From Octopus sinensis (Eukaryota), in assembly GCF_006345805.1 (NCBI RefSeq), contig NC_043017.1, positions 15,934,001 through 15,998,000 of the forward strand: 64,000 nucleotides of DNA, in the 5' to 3' direction. Shown piece after piece: positions 62,592 through 64,000 of this stretch; position 1 is the stretch's first letter, and every line of letters starts with the position of its first letter. The notes beneath the pieces are model-generated. The model searched no databases. It worked only from the letters and a program-made list of their open reading frames with translations, and was not told the origin of the DNA. The translations under genes and the position numbers were made by a program.

Positions 62592-62753
62592 ACACAGGCG
62601 TACAAGTGGTTCAGAAATTTCCAAGAAGGTCGGAAAAAGGTGGATATTGATGAACATTCTGGATGGCCTGCAACGAGCAGAACTGAGAAAAATATCACAC
62701 ATGTGCATGCAGCTGTGATGGGGAATCATCGAATCTATGAGTTATCAGCAGAT
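62592..62753 (+). mobile_element. Mariner transposase N-terminal (HTH) fragment
   Basis: TQAYKWFRNFQEGRKKVDIDEHSGWPATSRTEKNITHV...NHRIYELS matches the mariner YKWF..F..GR....D..RSGRP.T pattern. Abruptly truncated. Confidence 0.8.
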
Positions 62754-62759
62754 TAGTTA

Positions 62760-64000
62760 TGAAGAAGAAATCATGAAACACATTTCCATCCTGGAATTGT
62801 CGTCAGCAGAGATAAAGTTAAAAAGTTTGGTGTAATTCTAGAATGAAATCTGCTGAATCTCCCATCCACCATAGAATCAGAAACTCTGTTTGCGAGTAAT
62901 CAACAAACAACAACAAACTAATGTCAACAAGTATACCAGCAGTCGTGATGTGGTGAAATGTTGAAATTGCGGGCGTACACACAAAGCTCCTGCGTGTCCA
63001 GTATATAGGAAAAATTGTAATAAGTTCAGCAAATTAAGGCATTTTGCAAGATTTTAAAAATGATTGCCGTGTGGATAACATAAATGTATCTCCAAGTGAG
63101 GCTGGATCTGTCGATAGTTTGTTGCTAAATGTGAACAACGAGTGTGCAGAAAACAGGGTTTTGCATTTGTTTCATAAATGACAGCTGCATAGATACGAAA
63201 GTGGGGACTGGGGCAGTTGTCTGATAATTCCTGTTTCCTTCCCAATCAAATCATGGCACAATAGATTAACCACTTTTGATGGTTCAGATCTAAAGGTTGT
63301 TGGATCTATCCCAAGTGACATTTAAACTTAACAACACCGAGTCTTGTAAATTTATTGTGGTAGACATCCCAAACTCTTTTGGGCTGATTGGAAACGATAT
63401 TATTAAAGACTCTTTTGTTTTAATTTAAACATGGATGCATTCCCAGAGGTCAAAGGTTTTGTGGCCCGAGTTAACTTCTCTGATGCGAGATATAGCGTGA
63501 GGAGTTCAGTGAGACGACTTTCAGTACATTTGGAAAAAGAAGTGGACAACGAATTGAAGAGGTCGGAAATGATGGGTGCCATTGGATTACTCTGGAGTCA
63601 GATGTGCCTCACCTGTGGTGTGGCTGAGAAAAAAGATAAAAGACGGATCTCTTTGCATGTATGTCAATTACAAGACTCATTTAAATGCACATATTGACAC
63701 CTATTCTTTTCCCTTACCATCAATCAATACTATTTTCTCTGGTATGTCAGGTGCAAAATTGTTCTCCACTCTGGATTTAAAGCATGCATATTGGCAAATA
63801 CCTTTAGTGGAGGAAGCAAAGCAGATTTGCATTATTAATACAACCAATGGTCTCTGGCTGGTTAACAGACTTCAATTGGGCCTTAAGAATTCAAGTGGCA
63901 TATTTCAGGACTGGGAACAAAAAGAGATCAAAGGAGTCCGGGTATACCAAGATGACATCCTCATCTATGCTAGTAACGAAGCAAGATTGATGAGCAGAGA
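62760..64000 (+). mobile_element. Ty3/Gypsy LTR retrotransposon gag-pro-RT, decayed, continuing beyond the window
   Basis: Gag knuckle remnant C.NCGRTHKAPACP...HFAR at about 62960-63050. Protease remnant KVGTGA...TFDGS...FIVVD...GLIGND. RT reads SPVVW...KDGSL...YK...LN, FSTLDLKHAYWQIPL, and YQDD at 63945-63956. Confidence 0.9.

Overview
AT-rich, microsatellite-saturated eukaryotic DNA. The SINE and LINE families resemble those I recall from Octopus, so a coleoid cephalopod origin is inferred. The only host gene I can support is on the + strand: two phase-compatible exons (43142-43376 and 53000-53196, 9.6 kb GT-AG intron) encoding the last 143 aa of a taperin/phostensin-family PP1-binding protein. 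It carries the KVCF RVxF motif, a T..YPSE motif and a taperin-like LTPA...L..LLF* end. No upstream exon was found in the window. Everything else is transposon-derived or simple repeat: a DD37D (maT) Tc1/mariner with TIRs and TA TSD, RTE/RTE-X fragments, R4/Dong-like fragments, an L1/Tx1 element with a twin-priming-type 5' inversion, a decayed Ty3/Gypsy running off the right edge, and many tRNA-derived SINEs. The least expected signal is about 15 type I hammerhead-ribozyme-like motifs from many unrelated sequence families. They were parsed by eye, are of the minimal Penelope-like kind, and several sit in long fold-back repeats, including a 372 bp near-perfect palindrome. The best-preserved motifs are mostly antisense to the host gene. 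No rRNA, true tRNA or CRISPR array is present. Most long ORFs in the ORF track are microsatellite artefacts.
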